NCBI RefSeq assembly: GCF_035594765.1
Contig: NC_085842.1
Coordinates: forward strand, 137,343,036 to 137,407,035
Reading direction: 5' to 3'
Length of the DNA stretch: 64,000 nt
Source: Anolis carolinensis
Lineage: Eukaryota
Shown piece by piece: positions 23,811 through 36,909 of the stretch. Within the stretch, counting starts at the first letter, position 1, and the number at the start of each line of letters is the position of its first letter. The position numbers and the translations under genes were made by a program. Under the pieces are notes generated by a model that saw nothing but the letters and a program-made list of their open reading frames with translations, had not been told where the DNA came from and did no database searches.

Positions 23811-24893
23811 GGGTTGCTATGAGTTTTCCAGGCTGTATGGCCATATTCCAGAAGCATTCTCTCCTGACGTTTCACCTAAATCTATGGCAGGCATCCACAG
23901 AGGTTGTGAGGTATATTGGGAAATTATGTAAGTGGAATTTATATATCTGTGGAAGGTCTAAGGTGGGAGAAAGAAATCTTGTCTGCTTGAGGCAAGTATG
24001 AATGATGCAATTGGCCAGCTTGATTAGCACTGAATGGCCTTGTAGCTTCAAAGTCTGGCTTCTTCCTGCCTAGGGGAATCCTTTGTTGAGAGGTGTTAGC
24101 CGTCCTGATTGTTTCATGTCTGAAATTTTTCTGAGTGTTGCCCTTTATTGACTGTCCTGATTTTAGAGTTTTTTTTAATACTGGTAGCCAGATTTTGTTC
24201 ATTTTCATGGTTTCCTCCTTTCTGTTGAAATTGTCCACATGCTTGTGCATTTCAATGGCTTCTCTGTGTAGTCTAGCATGGTGGTTGTTAAAGTAGTCCA
24301 GCATTTCAGTGTTGTGTCCAGGTTGCTGTGTCCAGGTTGGTTCATCAAGGGCTCTGCTATGGTTGACTTCTCTGGCTGAGTTAGTCTGCATTGCCTTTCA
24401 TGTTCCTTGATTTGTGTCTGGGCAATGCTGCTGCGTTTGGTGGTCCCTATGTAGACTTGTACTCAGCTGCATGGTATACAGTAGACTCCTGTAGATGTGA
24501 GAGGAACTCTCTTGTCCTTTGCTGAACGTAGCATTTGCAAATTCCAGACATGAAACAATTGGCTAGCTAACACCTCCCAACAAAGCAGGAAGAAGCCAGG
24601 CTTTGAAGCTACAAGGCCATTCAATGCTAATCAAGGTGGCTGATTGGACCATTCACACTTGCCTCAAGCAGACAAGAGTTCTTTCTCCCACCCTGGGCCT
24701 TCCACAGATATATAAACCCCACCATTTTCCAACATACCTCGCAACTTCTGAGGATGCTTCTGGAACATGGACCATCACCCTCGAACTACGAGGGATTGCC
24801 TTAGTAAGTAAGTAAGCTTCTGGAACATGGCCATACAGCCAGAAAAACTCGCAGCAACCTAGCAATTCCTGCCATGAGAGCCTTTGACAACAC
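23811..24893 (-). mobile_element. Penelope-like retroelement fragment (GIY-YIG endonuclease) with inverted pseudo-LTR
   Basis: Minus strand encodes GVYCIPC..VYIGTTKR and ..ARLHREAIEMHKHVDNFNRKEE; inverted terminal arms. Confidence 0.8.
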
Positions 24894-24974
24894 ATGACAG
24901 CCATGTTTAAATATTGGAAAGAATGTCACATTGAGGGGGAGAGGAAACTTGTCTTCTGCTGTTCTGGAAACTAG

Positions 24975-25205
24975 GATGGGGCAAGGATTCAAACTTCAGG
25001 AAAAGAGAGTCCACATAAACATTAGGAAGAATTTGGCGAACAATGCCGTTCGGCAGTGGAATGTGCTGCATTACAAGTTGAAGTCTCCTGCTCTGGTGGT
25101 TTTTAAGCAGAGGCGGGATGGCCATCTGCTGGGGTAGCTTTGACTGTGTGTTCCTGTCTGACAGGATGGCCCTGGAGTCTCTTCCAACTCTGGGGTTCTA
25201 TGAAA
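24975..25205 (+). mobile_element. CR1 LINE 3' fragment
   Basis: GQGFKLQEKRVHINIRKN...AVRQWN RT tail and ttccaactct...ttctatga 3' end. Confidence 0.75.
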
Positions 25206-25439
25206 GTCACCCAGTGGATTCTGGAGGCCCAATAGGAATGCGAACCATGTTCTTCAGAGCTCTGCACCAATGCTCACACCACTACATCATGCTGCCATGG
25301 GAATGACTCCTTGGCTATGTTGGAAGAGGCCACAATCAAAGCACCCCCGACAGATGGCCACCCAGCCTCAGCTTAAAAACCTTCACATAAGGAAAATCCA
25401 CCGAAATGCCTCTGATAAACCCAGCCAGGAAAAAAAACA

Positions 25440-25600
25440 CACGACGGAAGTGAGATGAAAGAGGGCGGGGCCCCCATTTGCTATAATCAAGCAGGATCCC
25501 TCCAGCTCAGCGCGATGGTTTTTCTTAGTCCCGCCCTTTTCAAGGCTGGGCAGGGATTGGCTATCTCGCGGAAAGACGCTATGGGAGGCTATTGGCCGAA
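25440..25600 (+). promoter_or_regulatory. METTL23 promoter
   Basis: ETS motif cggaagtg, GC boxes (gggcgggg, cccgccc), inverted CCAAT boxes (gattgg, tattgg) and a tctcgcg motif, directly upstream of exon 1. Confidence 0.6.
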
Positions 25601-25633
25601 ATGGTCTCACCCAACATCACCTCAACCTAGGAA

Positions 25634-26398
25634 ATGGCTTCAGTAGGGCTACCTGGCCTAATGCGAAGGGAAGCCCGGATGTGCCAGCAGGAGCCCCCAT
25701 GCAATGTGCGGGAATACAGGTTCCTGGGCGAGGGGGAGGAAGAGGAGGAAGGAGGAAGTCAGCTGCAGCCAGAGCTGGTGGTGCTCATCCCCGAGGTGCT
25801 GATCTATTTTTATCATCATCATCATCATCATTGGAATTTGTAGGAAGTAATGCAGGAGAAAAATATTTCCAAGATCTGCATACTTCAATATTATTTTTGT
25901 TATTATATTGTTACATACATACCCCACTTATAATTTCTGCAAAATTATAAGGTAGTCTTCAAGGTCTTGTTTGATCTTGGAAGCTAAGCAGGGCCCTGGT
26001 TGGCACCTGGTTGGCATCTGGATGGGAGAATGCAAGTGAAGACCAGGCTGTATTTCCAAGGAAGGAACTGGCAGAACTTCCTTTACCCTCCCATGCCTAG
26101 GAATACTCTATGAAAGCATGGATTAACACAGGGGTCCCCAAACTAAGGCCCGGGGGCCGGATGCGGCCCATCGAAGCTATCTATCCGGCCCCCACGGCAC
26201 AAGGGCAGAAGGGGGTTGGGCTAAATGACCCAAGGGGTCTCTTCTTCTCTTACAACCCTTATTATTATTATTATTACTGTATTATTATTAACATTGAGGC
26301 TGGGTGGCCATCTGTCAGGGGTGCTTTGCTTGTGCTTTTGCTGCACAAAGGCAGAAAGGGGTTGGACTAAATGGCCCAAGGAGTCTCTTCCAACGCTC

Positions 26399-26446
<48 letters not shown>

Positions 26447-29400
26447 ATTGAGGCTGGGTGGCCATCTGTCAGGGGTGCTTTGCTTGTGCTTTTGCTGCAC
26501 AAAGGCAGAAAGGGAATGGACTCAATGGCCCAAAGGGTCTCTTTCAACTCTTTTATTATTGTTGTTGTTGTTATTATTATTATTGCTCAGTGGCCAACTA
26601 TAGTCCGGCCCTCCAACGGTCTGAAGGATCGTGAACTGGCCCCCTGTTTAAAAAGTTTGGGGACCCCTGGATTAACAAGTGACTTGGAGGCACAGACACA
26701 TCCAGAAAGGAGTATTTCTTGTCCTAATGTGACCTATTATAATATCTTCATTTTTATTTAAAACTGTTAAATCCTGGGTGTTGACCTGAAATCAGCGAAG
26801 TGCAATGGTATATACATACCTACTTATTGAAATCCACATACATTTTTGTGTGTGTCAGGAGCAACTTGAATCGCTTCTGGAGAGAATTGGCCATCTGCAA
26901 GGATTTTGCCCAGGGGACGCACGGATGTTTTGATGTTTTTACCATCCTTGTGGGAGGCTTCTCTCATGTCCCCGCATGGAGCTGGAGCTGATAGAGGGAG
27001 CTCATCCACACTGTCCCTGGGTGGGATTCGAACCTGGCAGCTTTCAGGTCAGCAACCCACCCTTCAAGTCACTTAGTCCACTACGCCATCTAATCCTAAC
27101 TAGACCTACTAAACCAATTATTGGAAATAAGTCAACATGTTGTCGAAGGTTTTCATGGCTGGAATCACTGGGTTGCTGTGAGTTTTCTGGGCTGTATGGC
27201 CATGTTCCAGAAGCATTTTTCCTACATCTATAGCAGGCATCCTCAAAAGTAAGGTTGGGAACTAGGCAAATGAAGTTTATATATCTGTGGAAAGTCCAGG
27301 GTGGGAGAAAGAACTCTCATCTATCTGAGACAAGATCTAATCTAAAACCTCCCAACAAAGGATTTTCTGAGGCAAGAAGCAGCCAGGCTTTGGATCTGCA
27401 AGGCCATTAAATGCTAATCAAGCTGGATAATTGCAACATTTACACTTGCCTCTTACAGACAAGAATTCTTCCTTCCAAGCTGGACTTTCCACAGATATAT
27501 AAACCCCACTTGCCTAGTTTCAACAGACCTCACAACCTCTGAGGATGTCTGTCATAGATGTGGGCAAAACATCAGGAGAGAATGCTTCTGGAACATGGCC
27601 ATACAGCCCGGAAAACTTACATCTACCCAATAAGTCAACAGTTAACATGAATATCTTTGATACGACAGATCTATTCTGGTTATGAACACCAGCTGGATTT
27701 AGGACCTAGTGTACAGTTGTTTACCTCGCTCTCCTTGGGAGCTAATCCTAAAATTTATTAGGCCTTACTCTCAGGGTGCTTCCTGAATCCCTTTGCTTTG
27801 AGACTGGAAGCACTTTGAAAGGAATGCAGACAAGTCAAAGCATGGTCCACCTCCTCCAGGAATGTAAACTAGTAGCAGATCGCTAGGGTTTTGGACACTA
27901 TTGTTTCCTAACCTGGCCTACAGCAGTTATGGGTAAACTTTGGCCCTCCAGGTGTTATGGACTTCAGCTCTCACAAGTTCTAACAGCCTTCTGAGAATTG
28001 TGGGAGTTGAAGTCCAAAACACCTGGAGGGCCAAGGTTTGCCAATGCCGGGCCTACAATCCCTCCAACAAAATGTGTGTCTTCGAGTGGAGTGGGTTTCT
28101 CATGATCCAGTGACACATTTGGGGTTAGTTATTTGTACACTGCTGACACAGGGCTGAAGAAATGATTTAACAGATGTGGTTGTTGTGTGTCTTCAAGTTA
28201 TTTCTGATGTATGGCAACCCTAAGAGGTTTTCTTGGAAAGATTTGTCCAAAAGGGTTTTGCCATTGCCTTCTTTTGAGGCTGAGAGAGCGACTCTTCCCA
28301 AGGTCATCCAGTGGGTTTTCTTGGGGATTTGAACCTTCCAGGGTCACAGTCCAGTGCTCAAAGTATGTTATCATGCTGTCTCTTAATAGAGGGAGAGTCT
28401 TTAACCATGGACTGGGTAATCCTTGTCAGTTTTTCTATTCCCCTTTTCAATGTCTGCCTGCTCTGCATTCTCACAACTAAAATTGACACATTTGTACATG
28501 CACAGGCCCAGAACCATTTGCCCTTCTTTGTATGCATGATATCTATTCTCACGATGCTACTTTAATCCCTAGAACCAGGATTACAGAAGGGCATGCTTGC
28601 TCTCTTTTCATCCAGAAGGTTTGGACAGTGGTTGCACATGGGTCTTGCTTGAAGCTCTCCAGGGCGAACGAAGTGTGGTCCTACTGGAATCTTTTGTTCA
28701 TTTTTGCTGAAACTTTTCTTTTTGACCCAACTACCTTCAACACAGTACAAAATCCAAGGGCCCATTGAATGCAGCCAGGGCTGTCAAAAATGGAACCAGT
28801 GTTTAAGAGCCCCTCTCTCCAGACAACTTTTTATTAAAAAGTATTTATACTTTTTTCAGGTCCTTGACCCTCAATATGGCATGTATGTCTGGCCCTGTGC
28901 GGTGGTTTTGGCTCAGTATATCTGGTTTCATAGAAGACTTGTCTGCGGCAAGAATGTTTTGGAGGTAAATGTTAACATTTTACACAGTTCATGTACTTAA
29001 TGAAAGTAGAAGGCTTGCAGAAAGATAATTATTTTTCTTAAAATGTATCTTGATAAAATGCAGGGTTGTTTCAAATCCCAAGTACAGTAGAGTCTCACTT
29101 ATCCAAGATAAATGGGCCAGCAGAACATTGGATAAGCGAAAATCTTGGATAATGAGGGATTAAGAAAAAAAGCCAATTAAACATAAAATTACATTATGAT
29201 TTTACAAATTAAGCACCAAAACATCATGTTTTACAAGAAATTGACAGAAAAAGCAGTTCAATACACAGTAATGTTATGTAGTAATTACTGTATTTACGAA
29301 TTTAGCACCAAAACATTGCAACATTTTGTAGTGCCAAGGCATAGCACTGAATAGTATAGTTAGTACTGGCCAATGTTTTTCCAACGTATTTCCAATGTTT

Positions 29401-29785
29401 ATGTATACTTGTGACAGTGGACAGTGAAGCTGATCGATAGAAAATACATTTCTTTGAAATGTGATGTTGGAGAAGACTTCTACTGTCTTTCCATTACTGC
29501 TAGAAAAGACAGTAATGCTTACTAAGGGAGAAGGTAGTAGGAAGTCCATATCCCATATGGATAGACTCAATCAAGAAAGTGATGACCCAGGGTCTGCCCG
29601 ATGTGAACAGAGCTCTGGATGATAGGTTGACTTAGATGTCTCTCTTACTCAATATGACTGCAGTTATCAACATACTTTTTATAATATCTGTTGGTAAAAT
29701 TAGATTTGGCTCTTCAGCAATTAAAGTGTTTATTCTAGGATGTTTCATGGCATCCTGCACCAAAAAACTCAAGTATTTTAGAGAC

Positions 29786-29845
<60 letters not shown>

Positions 29846-32405
29846 TATTTATAACCCACCCTCTCTCCCGAAGGGATTCTGGGCAGTTTCATTCCAGCTC
29901 TGCAAAGAATGTCAGTGGAAGCAATCAGTTTGCATATGTTCACTATTTAAGAGTATGGGATATTTTACGTTCTGACTGCCATACCAGATACATGCAAGAA
30001 TGTGAACCTGTCATATGTAGGTTCTCTAACTACAGCATGCATTGGCAGCTCAAGACAAAACATAAGCCATATACCATTAGTTGTGGCTCTTCATCACTCA
30101 GATGAAGCACATCAATTAAAAAAATGAAGATATAACTGGCTTGCATAAAGGAACAGACTTCTAGTAATAGGTGATTAATAAATTGTTACATTAGATAGTC
30201 ATTCTAGAAGTAAAAAGAATCAACCAAATTTGAATGGCTTCATAACCTGTTAGATGTGTTATCATTAGAAATGATGAATTACAAACCAGTATTTATCATC
30301 CAGCTTGGTGCAGGTGTGAGTCTTCCCGGAATCGTAGCAGCAAAATGTGGAGCAAAAATGACATTGTCAGATAATGCAGAATTCCCTCAGTGTTTGGACA
30401 ATTGTCGAAGAAGCTGTCAGATGAATAACCTTGCAAGCGTATCTGTCACAGGAATCACCTGGGGTCATATATCACCTAGCTTGTTGGCTTTATCTCTAGT
30501 GGACATTATTGTGGCATCCGATGTATTTTTTGAACCAGAAGGTAAGTTGTTTATGACAACTGCGATTCATATTCAATGTATGTAGATGCTCCTGTTACAT
30601 CTTTGAAAAAACTTTTACATAATTTATACCCCAGAGGGCGTCCCTCCCTTGTCTAGCTGGAAGGGTTTTTTTTTTTGAAAAAGTAACACCAGATTGGCAA
30701 GATGGTGGAGCTGGAGAAAAAAGTGTCTTGTTGCAGCAGTCTGTCACCAGTAAACAATGCAATAACAGCATGAGCGAAAAATCCCATTTTCTGTTTAAGT
30801 TACTGTGACTTTCTGCAACAGGTAAAGGAAGAAGCATGCTTCTTCAAGATCCATTACCAAGTATGTATTAACAAGAGAACAGAAGGGAGAAAGGCAATGT
30901 TTGGCCAACAAACGAGAATTCGTGGTGAAATAAATCATTTCTGGGTACATTTTGGAAAAGGCCCTTGAGTGGCCTCCAAGTTTGAAACAGGCTTGCTTAT
31001 ACCAGGAATACCTTTCCCCATTTGTTCAATTTGATATTATTTTGAATAAAGCTTTGCCAAAGCATGTTTTTTTAAATGCTATAACTGTTTTTTTTCTGTT
31101 TGTTCCATGTTATTCTGCTTCTGGTAGCACATTTTCTTTTAAAGGCTGTATGTCAATTTAAAAAGATCTGAAACTATATTTCATGGCAATATCTACTTGC
31201 AACTATTTGACTTCGCCACTTAAACATTTTCCACAACATATCATTGGTTTGCATCTCTTTTTTGCGCAACAATTCATCACTACTGCTTAGTAGATTTAAG
31301 GCACATGACCCTTCAGTGGAAGAACTGCCCATCTGGTATTTGTTTTGCTGAAAACCGAACAAAACTCTATGTATTTATTTTAAATCTACAGATCTCAATG
31401 TTCCCTTGCTATACTGTGCCATTAAAAGGATATTCATTGGCATGTAGATACCAATATCCTTTTTCCCTCCCAGAAATGCAGTTACAAGCCTTTCTCGGGG
31501 AACATGCTTTTGTCCCTTGCCTTGAAGTAGGGACTCCACATTATGGAGTCCCAACTCTTGTAGTTTGATCATGGACGAGGCAATAGAGGGCTTAAATTTT
31601 TCAGGCTTTACCACTCCTCAGCACTTTGTGACACATTATGCTAAAATGCTTTTATATATTAATATATTCATTTAAAGTATACTAGAAGTTCAATAGTTTC
31701 CCTGAAAATAAGACCTATCATGATTTTTCAGCATTTCTGAGGATGCTCGAAATATAAGCCGTAGATATTATAGTTCATTTAAAAAGTCAACTTGGAAAAA
31801 TAAGACTGCTCCTGAAAACAAGCCTTAACACATTTTTGGAGCAAAAATTAGTATAAGACCCTGTCATATTTTTGGGGAAACAGGGTGTGCGCACTACAGT
31901 ATATCACCCCCCCCCCAAAAAAAACCCCTAGTGTAACTTATATGTACTCACAGTCCACTTGCATTTCAGACTTTGAAGACATTCTAAGTACAGTACACTA
32001 CTTGATGAGGAAGAACCGACATGCTCAGTTCTGGACAACTTACCAAGTCCGAAGGTATGGCTGTGCTAATTTATTCACTTTTGAGCCAAGCTTCAAACAC
32101 TTTCAGAGGCCCATGTTATCAGGTGGATGTGATAAAAGAAAAGCTCACCTGAATTCCATTTGTGAACAGGTTGAATTTCTGAGATACCAAATGACAAGCC
32201 CAGGCATTGCAATATAATAAAATGTTAACTATTTTTCAGTGCCGATTGGTCTATTGAAGGACTACTCTACAAGTGGGAGATGGAATGCATCTGTGTGCCC
32301 TTACAGTCTTTCGAGGCCAACAAAGAACAACTGGTAGGCTCTTTCCTTCCAGGGACACATACTGTTGAAATGATGGTCATCACCCCCAAAAAAGTAATAT
32401 TGTGA
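25634..32405 (+). CDS. METTL23: Methyltransferase-like protein 23, ~251 aa (start codon could also be 25661 or 25679)
   Basis: Exons 25634-25795, 28860-28964, 30304-30541, 31970-32054, 32240-32405; motifs VLDPQYGMYVWPCAVVLAQY, VLELGAGVSLPG (SAM-binding motif I), ASDVFFEPEDFEDIL, YQVRSADWSIE; AATAAA at 32443. Confidence 0.95.
26129..26669. mobile_element. Non-autonomous hAT transposon in METTL23 intron 1 carrying CR1-tail plus (TTA)n tandem units
   Basis: TIRs caggggtccccaaact/agtttggggacccctg; perfect 8-bp TSD GATTAACA. Confidence 0.85.
27140..27625. mobile_element. Penelope-like non-autonomous element
   Basis: Same inverted arms as 15240-15525; degenerate hammerhead at ~27539. Confidence 0.7.
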
Positions 32406-33529
32406 AGCATCTTCAGGACAGATATACTCCTATTTTTTAAAAAATAAATATTTGGAAATCTAAGCTGGTTGTCACTGAATGAATATCATTGCTGAAAATT
32501 GTTCTCAGTGGATATTACCCTAAACATACAAAGTAACTGAACATTAATTACCTCTTCTATTAGTAACCATTTCTTCACTGAGGTAGAGAAGCAAGACTCT
32601 GGAAGGACACCAATTCCTTGGGAGAATATTTGAGGCTGGGAGAAGGCATGACATCTTCTTCCTTACCGCTTTATTAGTAGACCTGTCTCGTCAGCAGTAT
32701 TATGTATAATGGCCAGACATATTGAAGTTTAAAAGTCGTATTTGTCTACTATATTTTGCAACCTCTCATGAAATTCTCCTTATACTGGGTATTAATTTTT
32801 GCTGATATATAACATGCTCCCCTACTTTAATACATAAAACGGATTCAAGACATTAGATTTCAAAAAACTGAACACCAAGAAAGTGTTTTATTGAACTACA
32901 GACAGTGGTTATAGTACAGAACGTTTTAAGAGATACTCCAAATTGATACTTAAGAGGAATGAATTAAATGCTTTAACATTACATTTTTATATGCAAGTTC
33001 ACATATGTAGATGGTCTAAATTTACCATTCTGGAAAAATAANNNNNNNNNNNNNNNNNNNNNNNNNNNNNNNNNNNNNNNNNNNNNNNNNNNNNNNNNNN
33101 NNNNNNNNNNNNNNNNNNNNNNNNNNNNNNNNNNNNNNNNNNNNNNNNNNNNNNNNNNNNNNNNNNNNNNNNNNNNNNAGGNNNNNNNNNNNNNNNNNNN
33201 NNNNNNNNNNNNNNNNNNNNNNNNNNNNNNNNNNNNNNNNNNNNNNNNNNNNNNNNNNNNNNNNNNNNNNNNNNNNNNNNNNNNNNNNNNNNNNNNNNNN
33301 NNNNNNNNNNNNNNNNNNNNNNNNNNNNNACAAATCTTTCAAAATAATCTGTCAGCTGCAAAGTCTACTGTTTTGACTCCATACAATTTCACCTGAAGTA
33401 TTTGCAAACGCATTGGAATTTAAAATGTCAGAACTTGAGAAGAAAGGCGGGATTTTAATATTTGGACAGCATTAAGCTATTCAGCATACTAAAGCTTCAG
33501 ATTGAACCTCCAGGCAGCAAGTCAGTTAC

Positions 33530-33780
33530 CAGTTTTATTAGCAAACAAGTCAGCACTATATGAACAAAAATGAAGTTTTACCTCAAATATCCAAGCCAAT
33601 AATGAAATCTGTAGTCGCTCACATCACTAAATTACAAGAAATTTGAATAATAGCAACAAAATGGCACATAAAAGTAATAGTCTGCCATCTGAGGCTCAAA
33701 AAGTAAAATAAAAACTTAGACAAAGTGTTACAAAATAACCTTTTTCAACAGCTGGTTGCTTGTGCTGGGGTCTTTCCAAT
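33530..33780 (-). other. SRSF2: Deeply conserved SRSF2 distal 3'UTR with poly(A) signal
   Basis: Minus strand aaggttattttgtaaca...tgtgccattttgttgct-attcaaatttcttgtaatttagtga matches the mammalian SRSF2 3'UTR as recalled; AATAAA on the minus strand at 33534-33539. Confidence 0.7.
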
Positions 33781-34409
33781 GGACCGGCGATTCAAATGAT
33801 CGGCTCTCTCCTCCAAAGGCATCCTTTATGTCGATTTGTCATCTATTTGATGTATCTAGGTTTGAAAAATGTAGACGTCAGCAAGGAAAATCCTCTCACT
33901 CCTTCCACATTTTGTGGATCGTTTCCTAGTAAGTATTGGCCTTGCCTTGACACATCTGGGTATGTATTACCCACCTCCCACCAGGCACTAATTGTTGGTG
34001 CAATGAGACTTTTTGAGGTACACTACTGTGGATTCTCCATTAACCACAGACCATCATGTTGGGGAACACTCTTAATACAAGACTAGCCCAAGTATGTTAA
34101 GTTACGGATGAGTTCTTATACAAAACCTTGAACAGTCATTAAACAGTCGCATTTCCATAACAGTTCTAGGCCCCCTTCTTTGAAAAAAAACAGGACCAAA
34201 AATTTGAGGGAGGTTAAAGACACACTATCCATTTTGCCCACCTAGCATATCTTTTGAGCCCGCAATTGCAGTGTAAAGCACCTGGTTTCCATGAAAGTTT
34301 CCTTTTCAACTTTGGTTTCTAACAACATTGGAAGCCATTGAACTCTGTGTGGCCACAGGACTGTTTGCCCATTAACAGGATAGTGTATCTTTAACGTGTA
34401 AAGACAAAC

Positions 34410-34513
34410 CTGCTCCAACACACGCCCACAGAAACTGGTCCCTGGAGGATCAGCCAAATCAGTTAAAATCTGCAATACTGGCCAATATTCTTTAAGCAAA
34501 CAGGAGACCGCAG
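34410..34513 (-). other. SRSF2: SRSF2 104-nt 3'UTR poison (NMD) cassette exon
   Basis: Minus strand aaag|ctgcggtctcctgtttg...gtgttggagcag|gtttgt, exactly 104 nt and closely matching the human autoregulatory exon as recalled. Confidence 0.85.
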
Positions 34514-34789
34514 CTTTAGAGGGGAAAATGCAGATGTTGGGTAAGAACAGTAAGAAAGTCATTTTCAGAAACAGGTTGCGTCGCAAACAATAGATATTAA
34601 AAAGCAAGCTATCAACAAAAGAAGATATCCTTGTATTAACTTGATCTAAAACACCCTCCTCAGAAGTAAAAACATGCCCCATTAGCATTTACCAGCTCTA
34701 AAATACTCCAGGAAGGACCCCAAATGCCATCAAATGAAAAAGGGGCACACATGCAGGGCCACTCACCCAACTGGCACCTTACCATTGCC

Positions 34790-36909
34790 TTAAGAGGACA
34801 CGGCTCCTTCCTCTTCGGGAGACTTGGGCGGGCTCTTAGACCGGGAGCGTGACTTGGACTCCCTCTTGGAGACCGGCGGGGGGCTTCTCGACCGGGAACG
34901 GGATCTGGATCGGGACCGAGATCTAGAGGGGGAGGAAGACTTGGACTTCGATCTCCGGGCTGAGCGGGACTTGGAAGTGGAGCGAGATCGTGACCGGGTG
35001 CGAGAGCGAGACTTGGAGCGGCTGTAGCGTGATCGGCTGCGGGATCGGGACCGGCTTCTGCTCCGGGATCGGCTGCGGCGCCGCCTCCTGGGGCTGCAAG
35101 AGAAGGGAGAGAGGGGTTGAGGGGGAAACAACCTTAAGAAATGGGGCCACAAAGCAGAGTCCGCGAGTGTGGAGAAGAACAAACCACAGCCCCCCTATTA
35201 CAATGCAGTCTAAGCCCTGCCACATGCACAATGGAGGACCTTTTAACACCAGAGGCACTCTTAAGTAGCCAGCTACTGGTTAAAGGACATTTAGCATTAA
35301 TGACAACTTTTTAATTTTGTGTTCCTAAATAAATTACAACTGTCCCCTTGGTTCGCATGTGACACGATAAATAAATAAGGGGAAACACAAGCAGCAAGGC
35401 GGACTTGCACAATGTTGCAACACCTTAGTTTTTTTGCCTGGGCAGTTTAATTCAAAGGGTGGGGAGGGAGGCACCCCCCATCACGTGGCCCTTCCCCACC
35501 ACCACTGCCTCAGGGTGCAACTTCCCGCTTCCCGGGCCTCCTTCCGCCCTTCTCTCCTCTCCATCTTCATGCCGCCAGGCACTAAGAGCGCACCTACACT
35601 GTAGAATTAATGCAGTGGTGGGCAGTTCCACACCAACAGAACCATTATCATTGAAAGAGTGGGGGATGACTCCTTCCTTGGAGGCTTTTAAGCAGAGGCT
35701 GGATGGCCATCTGTCGGGGGTGCTTTGAATGCGATTTCCTGCTTCTTAGCAGGGGGTTGGACTAGATGGCCCATGTGGTCTCTTCCAACTCTACTATTCT
35801 ATGATCCTTCATGACAAGAGATGAAGCAAGGTGGTTTTGCTGTGGCTTGCACGAATCGTGCATGGGTGTAAAACAGGCCTGGCAAACTTGAAGTCCAAAA
35901 CACCTGGAGGGCCCAAGTTTGCCCAGGCCGATCTTGCCTAATTCCTCAATGTCTGACGAAATACCAGAAAACAAGTTTGCCCATGTCGGCTCTAAAAGGT
36001 TTCTTCTTGCAGGCAGAAAAAATCCTCGACTATTATAACTGAAAACTGTTTCCACACCAACATCATTAGACCGTAATGGTTTTCCGTTTCCACCCAGCTG
36101 GGCCTGACACCTCCCATAAAAGAGTCAGGGAAAAATCCTTCGAAGGTAGAATGACTGCAGTTTGGCTGAAGGCGTTGGGATCTTGGGGCGCCACCGCCAT
36201 TTGGCGACGAAAAATGTTGAAACTACCCCGTGACTTTCCCTTTTTTGTAAACAGCAAACGGATTACTTAATTTTCATGAATCCTAACCCTACACGTTCAA
36301 GCTGTGCTCCGTGAGTACAACGGAGGCCGTTTGGCGCCACTGCCTGCCGCGGCTGAGGGCGGGGCCCGTGCCTGCAGGGGAGGCCAATGCGCACCTACAC
36401 TGTAGAGTTTACGCTTTAGCGGCTGAGGGGGAAAAGGAAGGGGCCTGAGGCTGTGAGGAATGGTGGGAGTTGAAGTCCAAAAGGCCTGGAGGGACGGGCC
36501 AAGTTGGCACAGGCCTGCCTTAAGGGTTTTCTGTTTTCCCGCCTCACCTCCTGCTGCGCCGCCCGTACCCTCCGCTGCCGTAGCGTCGAGGCGGGGGCCC
36601 GCGCCGGCTGTGGTGGGAGTCCGGGGGCCGCCCGTAGCGCGCCATCTGGACGCGGAGCTCCCTCCCGTCGAGCACGGCCCCGTCCATGGCGTCCATAGCG
36701 TCCTCGGCGTCGCGCTTGTCGTGGAAGCGGACGAAGGCGAAGCCGCGGCTCTCCTTGGTGTAGCGGTCTCGGGGGATGTAGACGTCGCCGACGCGGCCGT
36801 ACTTCTCGAAGACGCGGCGAAGCGTGTCCGGGGAGGTGCGGTAGGTCAGGTTGTCCACCTTCAGCGAGGTCATGCCCTCCACGTCCGGCGGCGGGCGCCC
36901 GTAGCTCAT
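34790..36909 (-). CDS. SRSF2: Serine/arginine-rich splicing factor 2 (SC35), 221 aa
   Basis: Exons 36909-36548 (362 nt; [21 protein letters not shown]... RRM) and 35093-34790 (304 nt; RS domain ending PEEEGAVSS*). Confidence 0.98.

Noticed and set aside
34242-34688. 148-aa minus-strand ORF across the SRSF2 3'UTR
   Set aside because: Non-ATG start, no homology; conservation here is explained by the non-coding poison exon.
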